Part shown: positions 11,664 to 21,005 of the stretch, one piece after another
Layout: every line of letters starts with the position of its first letter
Position numbering within the stretch: position 1 is the stretch's first letter
DNA from: Wigglesworthia glossinidia endosymbiont of Glossina morsitans morsitans (Yale colony)
Lineage (GTDB): Bacteria; Pseudomonadota; Gammaproteobacteria; Enterobacterales; Enterobacteriaceae
Direction: 5' to 3'
DNA: 32,000 nt
Assembly: GCF_000247565.1 (NCBI RefSeq)
Contig: NC_016893.1
Location: forward strand, 420,001-452,000
Position numbers and translations under genes: made by a program
The notes under the pieces: model-generated
Seen by the model: the letters and a program-made list of their open reading frames with translations, nothing else
Database searches by the model: none
Told to the model about the DNA's origin: nothing

Positions 11664-12572
11664 TTAAATTATAATATTAAGTATATATTTTTCTATTAGT
11701 TTAGAAATTGTTAAGATTTTTATATTTGATAATTTTTTAAATTTTAAATTTATCGGAATCGTATCGCATACAATAAACTCGTCAATAACTGATTTTTGCA
11801 TGGTATAAAATGCATTTTCTGAAAGCACTGGATGTGTAGTATAGCATACTATGTTTGAGGCGCCTTGATTTTTTAAATAATATGCAGATTTACATAAAGT
11901 CGATGCTGTATCAATAATATCATCAACTAATATACAATCACGATTTTTAACATTGCCAATAATATTTGCCACCTGAGTTTCATTAAAATTAGGTCGAATT
12001 TTTTCTATTACCACAACTTCTACATTTTTAAGAGCTTTTGACATCTTCCTAGCACGACGTATACTTCCAAAATCTGGTGCTACAATAACAGGATTAAGGA
12101 AGTTCTTTTTTCTAATATCTTCTAAAAAAACTGTCTCAGCTGATATTGAATCAAAAACAATATCGAAGAATCCTTGTATTTGCTCGCAATGTATATCGAT
12201 AGTTGCTATTTGATCAATTCCTGAAATAGACAAAAGATTTGCAACTAACTTGGCTGTAATTGGTACTTGTTCTAAATTAATTCTGCGATCTTGTCTACCA
12301 TATCCATAATAGGGTATTATAGTGATGATTTTTTTGGCGGCTGCACGTTTTAAAGCGTCAGCTATTATCATTAACTCCATTAAATTGTCATTTGCTGGAT
12401 AGCATGTAGATTGAATAATACATACATCTTCGCCTCGTACATTTTCATCAATTTTTACATTGATTTCGTTATCTTTAAAACGACTAATTACAATGGGAGA
12501 TAGTTTAATTTTACATGTATGTGATAGTAAGTTTGCTAAATGTTTAACAGAGGTGCCAAAAAAAATTTTCAT
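11664..12572 (-). CDS. prs: Ribose-phosphate pyrophosphokinase (PRPP synthetase)
   Basis: IIQSTC.PANDNLMEL, YYGYGRQDRR and the PRPP-binding loop VDDIIDTASTL are present. Confidence 0.96.
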   Translation of the reverse strand: MKIFFGTSVKHLANLLSHTCKIKLSPIVISRFKDNEINVKIDENVRGEDVCIIQSTCYPANDNLMELMIIADALKRAAAKKIITIIPYYGYGRQDRRINLEQVPITAKLVANLLSISGIDQIATIDIHCEQIQGFFDIVFDSISAETVFLEDIRKKNFLNPVIVAPDFGSIRRARKMSKALKNVEVVVIEKIRPNFNETQVANIIGNVKNRDCILVDDIIDTASTLCKSAYYLKNQGASNIVCYTTHPVLSENAFYTMQKSVIDEFIVCDTIPINLKFKKLSNIKILTISKLIEKYILNIII

Positions 12573-12626
12573 TTTAATATAAAATGTATTTTATTGTATT
12601 TTTTTTAATGTAACGTTAAAATATAT

Positions 12627-13622
12627 TTATTTCAAGAAATAATCGTATGAATGAGATCGAATTTTTATAATCCTATGCAATATAGATATGTTAGATCCTT
12701 TACTAATAAAAGCACGTATGTATTTCGGCAGTTTTTGTAAAATAATACGGGCTTTCTTTTCAGAACTAAATTCAGCAAATATACATCCTCCTGTACCAGT
12801 TAAACGAAATTTTGCATATTTAGAACAATTTTCAATCAATTTATTTATAGTACAAAAATTTTTTTTTACTATAGCTTCAAAATCATTCACGAAAGGTTTT
12901 TGCAAATATTGATTAAAAGTTTTTACGACAGTAAAATTTTTTTCAGAAAATTTATTAAATACAGATTGAGTAGATATTTTTATTGGAGGTATAATAATTA
13001 TATACCACTTTAATGGGAGATTTACTGAAGATAATTTCTCCCCAATACCTTCAGCAAATGCAGATTTACCGTATATAAAAACTGGTACATCAGCACCTAT
13101 TTGTAATCCTAAATTTGCTAAAGTTTTCAAACTTAGTTGACATCTCCAATGAAAATTTAGAGCAATTAATGTAGTTGCAGCATTCGATGATCCACCGCCT
13201 AAACCGCTTCCTAAAGGAATTTTTTTTTTGACATAAATATCTGCGCCAAAAATTTTTTGATTTTTCTTTCTTTTCATAAAATTTTGTAATAATTTAGCAG
13301 CTTTTAATATTAAATTGTTTTGACGATGTATACCCTGAATAGTATTAATTAACGTAATTTTTTTATTTAATGTAGAATTAATAATCAAAATGTCACTATA
13401 TTCAAGAAATCTAAATAAAGTTTGAATATAGTGATATCCATCAGAACGTCGACCTACAACAGATAAAAATAAATTTATTTTTGCAGGAGAAGGCCAATTA
13501 TATTTTTTTAATATATCCAACGATAAATTTTTATGTTTATAAAATCTTTCTTGTGAAATAATTTTATTTTTTTTGGAAAAACTGTTGGTGTGTTGTAGTA
13601 TTCTATATATTGAATTTCCCAT
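12627..13622 (-). CDS. ispE: 4-diphosphocytidyl-2-C-methyl-D-erythritol kinase IspE (start uncertain)
   Basis: Homology begins at WPSPAKINLFL, and the GHMP kinase motif PLGSGLGGGSSNAA is present. The longest ORF (ATG at 13622) adds about 45 non-homologous residues and overlaps lolB by 115 nt. An in-frame TTG at 13520 gives about 297 aa, closer to E. coli's 283 aa. Confidence 0.88.
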   Translation of the reverse strand: MGNSIYRILQHTNSFSKKNKIISQERFYKHKNLSLDILKKYNWPSPAKINLFLSVVGRRSDGYHYIQTLFRFLEYSDILIINSTLNKKITLINTIQGIHRQNNLILKAAKLLQNFMKRKKNQKIFGADIYVKKKIPLGSGLGGGSSNAATTLIALNFHWRCQLSLKTLANLGLQIGADVPVFIYGKSAFAEGIGEKLSSVNLPLKWYIIIIPPIKISTQSVFNKFSEKNFTVVKTFNQYLQKPFVNDFEAIVKKNFCTINKLIENCSKYAKFRLTGTGGCIFAEFSSEKKARIILQKLPKYIRAFISKGSNISILHRIIKIRSHSYDYFLK

Positions 13623-14118
13623 ATTTCTTTTGAATTCATATATTTTGCATTTTTTAAATTACCATGATGATCGTATTTAATGTTAAATACATTTTTTGGA
13701 GCGCCTAGAATTAAATTATGAATATCGTTTAATGGAATTGAATATCCGAAAAATTTTTTAATCATGCTTTCTAAATCATGACTAGTATAACGTTTTTCTT
13801 GATTGTAAATCATTTCTGTATAACTTGGATATATGTTGAATATTACTTTAATACTGCTAAACGCATGGTGTAGTATTAATTGATAATACATATTATTTTT
13901 TTTTATTAAAGTAAAATTTAAATTTAATGTATCTTTTTCAGAATTAAAAAAAAACTACCATATATGTGATAATAGGGAAGTTGAGCAAGATTGTTTAAAT
14001 TTTTTTGCGTATCTTTGAAATTTTTATGAATTTCAATTTCTTTATGAAAAATAGAGCATCCAGAAAATAAAACACTTAAAATTAAAAAAAAATGTAAAAT
14101 ATGACGATTATATAACAT
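13508..14118 (-). pseudogene. lolB: Outer-membrane lipoprotein receptor LolB, split into two ORFs by a 1-nt frameshift in a homopolymer (may still be expressed through slippage)
   Basis: ORF 13924-14118 encodes the N-terminus, including a signal peptide with lipobox FSGC and the segment LNNLAQLPYYHIYGSFF. ORF 13508-13891 encodes the C-terminal two-thirds (SIPLNDIHNLILG..., cf. E. coli MPIPLNSLRQWILG). Reading the T9 run as T10 joins both parts into one protein of about 200 aa, colinear with the 207-aa E. coli LolB. Confidence 0.8.
13946..13954 (-). repeat. A9 (+ strand) / T9 (coding strand) homopolymer at the lolB frameshift site
   Basis: Counted directly as gaatt-AAAAAAAAA-ctacc. The frame changes exactly at this run. 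Confidence 0.9.
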
Positions 14119-14275
14119 AAAGTTTCCTTTAATAAAATTTTTTTAAATTTTTATTTATAAAATTTTAACAATATTAACTATAATAATAAACTTGTATTGT
14201 AATAATAAAAAATATGTAAAAAATTATTTTTAATAAAAATCAATATATCTTTTTAATTAATGAAATAAAAAATTT

Positions 14276-15535
14276 ATGAAATTAGTTGTAATAGGTGTAA
14301 GCTATAAAACTGCACCAATCTCTTTAAGAGAAAAAATGATATTTTCTACCGAACATTTAGATATGTCACTAAACAACTTATTGAAACAAATAAATATTAA
14401 AGGTGGATTAATACTTTCTACTTGCAATCGTATAGAAATTTATTTAAGTGTAAAAAAATTAAACAATTTAAAAAAAATTTTAATAAATTGGTTATATAAA
14501 TTTTATAAGATTGAATTTAAATTTATACGTCATAATATTTATTATTATTTAGATAATCGAGCTATTATACATTTAATGCGTGTAATGAGCGGCTTGGACT
14601 CTATGATTTTGGGAGAGTCACAAATAATTAATCAAGTTAAATCTGCATTTTTTAGATCTTTAAAAAGAAAAAACTTATCAGTAGATATGCAAAAATTATT
14701 TGAAAGAGTATTTGCTGTATCGAAAAAAATTCGCACACAAACTAAAATTGGATCATATTCAATATCAATATCTTATGCAATATACATATTATTAAAAAAT
14801 AAATTTCAATCTTTAACCGAAATTCAAATATTATTAATAGGATCGGGAAAGATTAGCACTTTAGTAGCAAAACAACTATATCAATATAATGTAAAAAAAA
14901 TTTTTATTGCAAATCGTACATTGCAACATGCAAAAAATTTAGCTTTAAAAATTAATGGTTTTGCTATTGAACTAAAAAATGTCGCACAATACTTAAGTAA
15001 AGTACACGTTGTTATCACATCAACATCTAGTAGCACACCAATACTATATACTGATACAGTAAGAAATGTGTTGAAAAAAAACAAAAAAATAGTTTTGTTT
15101 ATTGATATTGCTGTTCCTAGAAATATACAATCCAGTATTGGCAATTTACCTAACGCAGATTTATACATTCTAGATGATTTACAAATATTTTTAAACAAAA
15201 ATTTAGAAAAAAGAAAACATGCTGCAATGTTAGCAGAAAACATTATAAAACAAGAAAGCATAAAATTATCGCAGTGGCTACAAGGTTATTCTGCAGCTAA
15301 AATAATACAAGAATACAGAAATCAGATAGAACAAGTAAAAAAAATATATGAAAATCGTGCATTAATGGAATTAAAAATTGGTATAAATCCTGAAATTATT
15401 ATTAAAAAAATTATTTATAAACTTACTAATCGATTAATGCATAATTCCACAAAATTATTATATAATACAGCTTTTTCTCAAAAAAATGATGCTTTAAAGA
15501 TTTTATATAATCATTTAAAATTAAAGTTACATTGA
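14276..15535 (+). CDS. hemA: Glutamyl-tRNA reductase
   Basis: The N-terminus GVSYKTAPISLRE and the STCNRIEIY active-site cysteine motif are present. Length is 419 aa. The gene is divergent from lolB and upstream of prfA, as in E. coli. Confidence 0.94.
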   Translation: MKLVVIGVSYKTAPISLREKMIFSTEHLDMSLNNLLKQINIKGGLILSTCNRIEIYLSVKKLNNLKKILINWLYKFYKIEFKFIRHNIYYYLDNRAIIHLMRVMSGLDSMILGESQIINQVKSAFFRSLKRKNLSVDMQKLFERVFAVSKKIRTQTKIGSYSISISYAIYILLKNKFQSLTEIQILLIGSGKISTLVAKQLYQYNVKKIFIANRTLQHAKNLALKINGFAIELKNVAQYLSKVHVVITSTSSSTPILYTDTVRNVLKKNKKIVLFIDIAVPRNIQSSIGNLPNADLYILDDLQIFLNKNLEKRKHAAMLAENIIKQESIKLSQWLQGYSAAKIIQEYRNQIEQVKKIYENRALMELKIGINPEIIIKKIIYKLTNRLMHNSTKLLYNTAFSQKNDALKILYNHLKLKLH

Positions 15536-15575
15536 AATATTAAGAATTTATTTATAATAAATATTTGGATTTATA

Positions 15576-16655
15576 ATGCATAAATCAATAATGTCAAAAT
15601 TAAAAATTCTAAGTAATAGATATAAAGAACTTAATCAAATGTTAAGCAATCCGAATATTATTGCAGATAAAAGTCAATTTTTATCTTTATCAAAAGAACA
15701 TTCAAAATTAAGTATACTAGAATATTATTTCAATTCCTGGAAAGAATTAAATCAAGAAATTCAATCTTTAAAATCTATGTTATCAAATGAAGAATTATAT
15801 AACCTTGTACAAGACGAATTAAATATTACTTACATAAAAATTAAAAAAGTAGAAAAAAAAATTATTTTATTTCTTGTTCCTCAAAATTATTCAAGTAAAT
15901 ATAATTGTTTTTTAGAAATTCGTGCAGGTACAGGAGGAGGCGAAGCTGCTTTATTTGTCAAAGATTTATGCCGCATGTATATACGATTTTCTGAAATGCA
16001 ATCTTGGGAGACAAAAATTATTCATTCTAATTATTCAGAATACGGAGGATACAAAGAAATTATTATCAAAATATGTAATAAAGAAGCATATTCAAAATTA
16101 CAATTTGAATCAGGCGGTCATCGCGTGCAAAGAATACCTGCAACAGAATCACAAGGACGTATTCACACTTCTACATGTACGGTAGCTATCATGCCAGAAA
16201 TGTCAGAATTAAAATTGCCTAAAATTAAATCATCTGATTTACGAATCGATACATTTCGTTCTTCTGGAGCTGGTGGACAACATATTAATACCACAGATTC
16301 AGCAATCCGAATTACGCATATTCCAACTAATACAGTTGTAGAATGTCAGGATGAAAGATCTCAACATAAAAATAAATCAAGAGCTATGTCTGTATTAACA
16401 GCAAGATTACAAACGAATTTGTTAAAAAATAGAAAACAAAGTGAATCTCAAGTACGTCGAAATTTACTAGGTACCGGTGATAGGTCAGATCGTATTCGTA
16501 CTTATAATTTTACACAAGGCAGAATTACTGATCACCGATTAAATTTGACAATATATAAACTCAATGAAATTATGGAAGGTAATTTAAATTTATTAATTGA
16601 TCCAATTATGAAAAAATATCGTGATAAAGAAATTGAAAAATTTCTACAAAAATGA
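15576..16655 (+). CDS. prfA: Peptide chain release factor 1
   Basis: The PAT tripeptide region ([14 protein letters not shown]) and the GGQ motif ([15 protein letters not shown]) are present. Confidence 0.97.
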   Translation: MHKSIMSKLKILSNRYKELNQMLSNPNIIADKSQFLSLSKEHSKLSILEYYFNSWKELNQEIQSLKSMLSNEELYNLVQDELNITYIKIKKVEKKIILFLVPQNYSSKYNCFLEIRAGTGGGEAALFVKDLCRMYIRFSEMQSWETKIIHSNYSEYGGYKEIIIKICNKEAYSKLQFESGGHRVQRIPATESQGRIHTSTCTVAIMPEMSELKLPKIKSSDLRIDTFRSSGAGGQHINTTDSAIRITHIPTNTVVECQDERSQHKNKSRAMSVLTARLQTNLLKNRKQSESQVRRNLLGTGDRSDRIRTYNFTQGRITDHRLNLTIYKLNEIMEGNLNLLIDPIMKKYRDKEIEKFLQK

Positions 16656-16662
16656 AATAAAT

Positions 16663-17508
16663 ATGATAACGTGGAATTCTTGGGTACAACAAGCCATCTC
16701 AGTATTGCGTGCATTTAAAAAAAGTTCTCCAGAAAAAGAGGCAGAAATTCTATTGAAACATGTTCTTAATATTGATTATGCAAAAATAATCGCTTATGGA
16801 GAAAGAAATTTAACGTATACACAACATATTTTTTTAAATACTTTATTATTTAAAAGAATATTAGGAGAACCTATATCGTATTTAGTAAATGCTTGTGAAT
16901 TTTGGTCTATAGATTTATATATCACTTCTGGTGTATTTATTCCAAGATCAGATACCGAACGTTTAGTAGAATTAGCGCTGTCTTTGTCATTGTCAAAAAA
17001 CGCTAACGTTTTAGATCTTGGAAGCGGCAGCGGAGCAATTGCACTAGCGCTCGGATTAGAAAATCCTATGTGGAATATTACTGGAATCGACAAAAACAAT
17101 AAAGCTGTTCAAATTTCCAAAAAGAATGCTGTTAAACTTAAAATAAAAAATGTAACCTTTAAAAAAGGCAACTGGGAAAAACTCCAGAAAAAAAAACATT
17201 ATTCAATGATTGTTAGTAATCCTCCATATATTGCACAAAAAGATCCGCATTTATTTACAACAGATTTAAAATTTGAACCGAAATCTGCATTAATTTCTGG
17301 ATCAGATGGACTTAAAGATATAAAAATAATTTGTAAAATAGCTAAAAATCATCTAAAAAATCGCGGTTGGTTGTTAATCGAGCATGGATTTCAACAAGCA
17401 CGTAAAGTACGCAAAATTTTATTAATAGAAGGATATCATCTAATTTGTACTCATTTAGATTATAGAGGTCATGATCGCATTACTCAGGGAATGTGGATGA
17501 AAATTTAA
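16663..17508 (+). CDS. prmC: Release-factor glutamine N5-methyltransferase PrmC (HemK)
   Basis: The SAM-binding motif LDLGSGSGAI and the NPPY motif (VSNPPY) are present. The tracked ORF starts at 16621, inside prfA. The ATG at 16663 (MITWNSWVQQA) aligns with the E. coli N-terminus and lies just after the prfA TGA stop. Confidence 0.92.
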   Translation: MITWNSWVQQAISVLRAFKKSSPEKEAEILLKHVLNIDYAKIIAYGERNLTYTQHIFLNTLLFKRILGEPISYLVNACEFWSIDLYITSGVFIPRSDTERLVELALSLSLSKNANVLDLGSGSGAIALALGLENPMWNITGIDKNNKAVQISKKNAVKLKIKNVTFKKGNWEKLQKKKHYSMIVSNPPYIAQKDPHLFTTDLKFEPKSALISGSDGLKDIKIICKIAKNHLKNRGWLLIEHGFQQARKVRKILLIEGYHLICTHLDYRGHDRITQGMWMKI

Positions 17509-17601
17509 TAAAATTAATTTAAAGAAATGTATAAGTCGTATACATATAAATTTTCTGTGATAGAAACAAATTAATGCTTAAACTAAACAAGTTAAAAAAT
17601 T

Positions 17602-18450
17602 TTGAATATAAATAAAAACAAAATTATTCTTTCTTTAGAAGATACTAAAATATCTAATCATCTTCCAATAGTTGTATTTGGAGGGATCAATGTTTTAGAA
17701 GATTATGATACTACTGCAATGGTCTGTGAAAAATTTATAACAATAACAAAAAAATTAAATATGTCATTTATTTTTAAAGCATCTTTTGATAAAGCTAATC
17801 GCTCCTCTATTTACTCATATCGAGGACCTGGTTTAAAAAAAAGCATAGAAATTTTTTCTAAAATAAAATCAAAATTTAATGTAAAAATCATGACAGATAT
17901 ACACGAACCAAATCAAGCGCATAAAATAGCAGAAGTAGTAGATATTATTCAAATCCCAGCTTTTTTGGCTCGACAAACTGATTTGATTCAATCAGCAGCA
18001 CAAACAAATAAAATAATAAATATTAAAAAGCCACAGTTTATTTCTCCTGAGCAAATATACTATATTGTAGAAAAAATAATTCAATCAGGCAACTCTAAAA
18101 TTATTTTATGCGAACGTGGTACTACTTTTGGATATAACAATTTAATTGTAGATATGTTAGGATTAGATACCATGAAAAAAATATCCGGTGGTTATCCAGT
18201 GATGTTAGATATTACACATGCATTACAAATGCGAGAAAAATTTAGTCCGATATCTCATGGAAAAATTTCGCAAATCCATGTACTTGCACGCTCAGGAGTT
18301 GCAGTAGGGATTTCCAGCATACTAATTGAAACACATCCAGAACCAAAAAAAGCTCGATGTGATGGTCCTTGTGCATTACCACTGAAAAATCTTGAATTGC
18401 TTCTTACAGAAATTAAACATATAGATAACATTGTTAAATCTATCGTATAA
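17602..18450 (+). CDS. kdsA: 3-deoxy-D-manno-octulosonate 8-phosphate synthase (LPS core precursor)
   Basis: FKASFDKANRSS..SYRGPG, IQIPAFLARQTDL and the C-terminal HPEP..A.CDGP.ALPL motifs are present. The start is TTG. An in-frame TAA at 17593-17595 and the absence of any in-frame ATG before the conserved core force a non-ATG start. Confidence 0.94.
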   Translation: MNINKNKIILSLEDTKISNHLPIVVFGGINVLEDYDTTAMVCEKFITITKKLNMSFIFKASFDKANRSSIYSYRGPGLKKSIEIFSKIKSKFNVKIMTDIHEPNQAHKIAEVVDIIQIPAFLARQTDLIQSAAQTNKIINIKKPQFISPEQIYYIVEKIIQSGNSKIILCERGTTFGYNNLIVDMLGLDTMKKISGGYPVMLDITHALQMREKFSPISHGKISQIHVLARSGVAVGISSILIETHPEPKKARCDGPCALPLKNLELLLTEIKHIDNIVKSIV

Positions 18451-18496
18451 TTTAATTTGAAAATATTAATTTTAAAATTTAAATCGTTATAAAATA

Positions 18497-19300
18497 ATGA
18501 ACAATCAATTAAAAATTATAAAAAAATTTAAAGTAAAACCTGTTTTTGATGCAAAAACAGAATTTAAAAAAATTAAAAATTTTTTAACAGCATATTTAAA
18601 AAAATTTACTGAATTAAAAACATTAGTATTAGGTATTAGTGGAGGCCAAGATTCTACATTAACCGGAAAAATTTGCCAAGAAGCAATTAATGATTTAAAA
18701 TACGATTGTGCGTTGAACTATCAATTCATTGCAGTACGCTTACCTTATGGTATTCAGTATGATGAAGAAGATTGCAAATTAGCTATAAATTTTATAAACC
18801 CCGATCAAGTAGTAACTATCAACATTAAATCTGCAGTAGAATCACGTATTATTTCTTTGCAAAAAGCCGGCTTTAATATCACTGAACATTTAAAAGGCAA
18901 TGAAAAATCAAGAGAACGCATGAAAATACAATATAGTATTGCAGGTGCTACTTCTGGTTTAGTAGTGGGTACATGTCATGCATCTGAAGCAATTACTGGA
19001 TTTTTCACAAAATATGGAGATTCTTCTTCTGATATTTCTCCTATATTGCACTTAAATAAACGTCAAGGTAAAAGCATGCTTCAATATTTGAGCTGTCCTC
19101 AACGCTTATACTTAAAACCACCTAGTGCTGATTTAAATGAAAACTATCCAGGATATCCTGACGAATTTGCTCTTGGAATTAGTTATGATATGATTGATGA
19201 TTACTTAGAAGGTAAAACAATTAATAAAAAAACAGCTAAAATTATCGAAGATTTATATTATAATACGCAACACAAACGCAATTTTCCGATATGTATATAA
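18497..19300 (+). CDS. nadE: NH3-dependent NAD+ synthetase
   Basis: The PP-loop LGISGGQDSTL, AITGFFTKYGD and KRQGK motifs are present. Confidence 0.95.
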   Translation: MNNQLKIIKKFKVKPVFDAKTEFKKIKNFLTAYLKKFTELKTLVLGISGGQDSTLTGKICQEAINDLKYDCALNYQFIAVRLPYGIQYDEEDCKLAINFINPDQVVTINIKSAVESRIISLQKAGFNITEHLKGNEKSRERMKIQYSIAGATSGLVVGTCHASEAITGFFTKYGDSSSDISPILHLNKRQGKSMLQYLSCPQRLYLKPPSADLNENYPGYPDEFALGISYDMIDDYLEGKTINKKTAKIIEDLYYNTQHKRNFPICI

Positions 19301-19371
19301 AAATTTTAAATATAATCTATACAGAGTATAAAAAAATTTTCTAGTAAATTTTTTATATTAAGGAACAACTT

Positions 19372-20766
19372 ATGTCAAATTTTAGAGAAGAAAAAGATTT
19401 TTTTGGAATAATTGCGATACCAAAAGAAAGTTTATGGGGCTCTCATACGCAAAGATCTTTAAAAAACTTTAATATTTCTACAGAAATTGTACCATACGAA
19501 TTTATTCATGCTTTAGCGCAGGTGAAATATGCTGCTACAAAAGTTAATAAAGAACTAAATCTATTAAATGTAAATAAAGCAGATGCAATTTTAAAAGCTA
19601 TCAAAAAAATATTATCAGGAAAATATTCAAACAGTTTTCCATTAAAAATTTGGCAAACTGGTTCTGGCACACAAACTAATATGAACATTAACGAGGTTAT
19701 TGCAAATATCGCTATAAAAATATTAGGTGGAAATTATGGAGATTATTCTATAATACATCCAAACGACCATGTTAATAAAAGTCAAAGCTCTAATGATGTT
19801 TTTCCGACTGCTATGCATATATCTGCAATCACTGCTTTAAAAAATAATTTATTGCCAAATATTCAAGATCTGATTGATACCTTAACTAAAAAATCAATAC
19901 AATTTGACAATATTATTAAAGTTGGACGTACTCATTTGCAAGACGCTGTACCTTTAACTTTAGGACAAGAAATTTCTGCTTGGAAATATATGTTGCAAAA
20001 AAGTATTTTTCATATTCAAAATACTATTTCTCATTTGTCTGAAATAGCGTTAGGAGGTACTGCAGTAGGCACAGGATTAAATGCTCATAAATTGTATCCA
20101 AAAAAAACAGCTGAAATTTTATCGAAATTAACTAATCATGAATTTACCACTTCACCTAATAAATTTGAATCTTTAAGTACATGCGATGCTTTAGTACATT
20201 CCCACGGTGCTTTAAAGGGTTTATCAGCGTCTATGATGAAAATTGCTAATGATATTCGGTGGTTATCTTCTGGTCCAAGATGCGGTATAGGCGAGTTATT
20301 AATTCCAGAAAATGAACCAGGTAGTTCTATTATGCCAGGAAAAATTAATCCTACACAATGTGAATCTATGACAATGATATGCTGTCAAGTTTTTGGAAAC
20401 GATACTTCAATAAATATTGGTGGAGCATCTGGAAATTTTCAATTAAACGTATTTAGACCGATGATTATTTATAACTTTTTGCAATCTGTCAGGCTTCTTT
20501 CAGATGGAATTTGCAGTTTTAACAAAAATTGCGTTTTAGGGATTCAACCAAATAAAGAAAAAATTGATAAATTTTTAAAAAAATCACTGATGTTAGTAAC
20601 TGCTTTAACACCACATATCGGATATGATAAATCTGCTAAAATTGCAAAATTAGCACATAAAAAAAATTTTACTTTAAAGGAAGCTTGCATAAAGTTAGGT
20701 TATCTATCAGAAAATGAATTTGATAAATTAATATGTTTAAAAAAAATGATTAAAATGAAAAATTAA
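19372..20766 (+). CDS. fumC: Class II fumarate hydratase
   Basis: The fumarate lyase signature GSSIMPGKINPTQCE and the motif SQSSNDVFPTA are present. An AAGGA ribosome-binding site lies upstream. Confidence 0.96.
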   Translation: MSNFREEKDFFGIIAIPKESLWGSHTQRSLKNFNISTEIVPYEFIHALAQVKYAATKVNKELNLLNVNKADAILKAIKKILSGKYSNSFPLKIWQTGSGTQTNMNINEVIANIAIKILGGNYGDYSIIHPNDHVNKSQSSNDVFPTAMHISAITALKNNLLPNIQDLIDTLTKKSIQFDNIIKVGRTHLQDAVPLTLGQEISAWKYMLQKSIFHIQNTISHLSEIALGGTAVGTGLNAHKLYPKKTAEILSKLTNHEFTTSPNKFESLSTCDALVHSHGALKGLSASMMKIANDIRWLSSGPRCGIGELLIPENEPGSSIMPGKINPTQCESMTMICCQVFGNDTSINIGGASGNFQLNVFRPMIIYNFLQSVRLLSDGICSFNKNCVLGIQPNKEKIDKFLKKSLMLVTALTPHIGYDKSAKIAKLAHKKNFTLKEACIKLGYLSENEFDKLICLKKMIKMKN

Positions 20767-21005
20767 ATATTTTTTTAGAAAACTAAAATTAAATTTTTAG
20801 AAACATTTAAATTTTTATTAATGCTTTATAATAAATTTTTTTTATGTACATTAATCAAAAAATTGTCCCGAAAAAATTTTCTAATTTTTTAATTTAATAC
20901 AAAATTAAATAAAATTTTTAAAAAAGTTAAAAAAATTTAATTTTACAAAAAAAAAATATAGTTTAAAATTTTAATATGTATATTTTCAAGCATATCACAA
21001 ACAAT

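Noticed and set aside
15536-15575. An A/T-only hairpin ATTTATT-TAT-AATAAAT between hemA and prfA. Similar short A/T palindromes follow pyrG, nadE and purC.
   Set aside because: Stems of 5-7 bp made only of A/T are expected frequently by chance at this composition and would be thermodynamically weak. They are not reportable as terminators.
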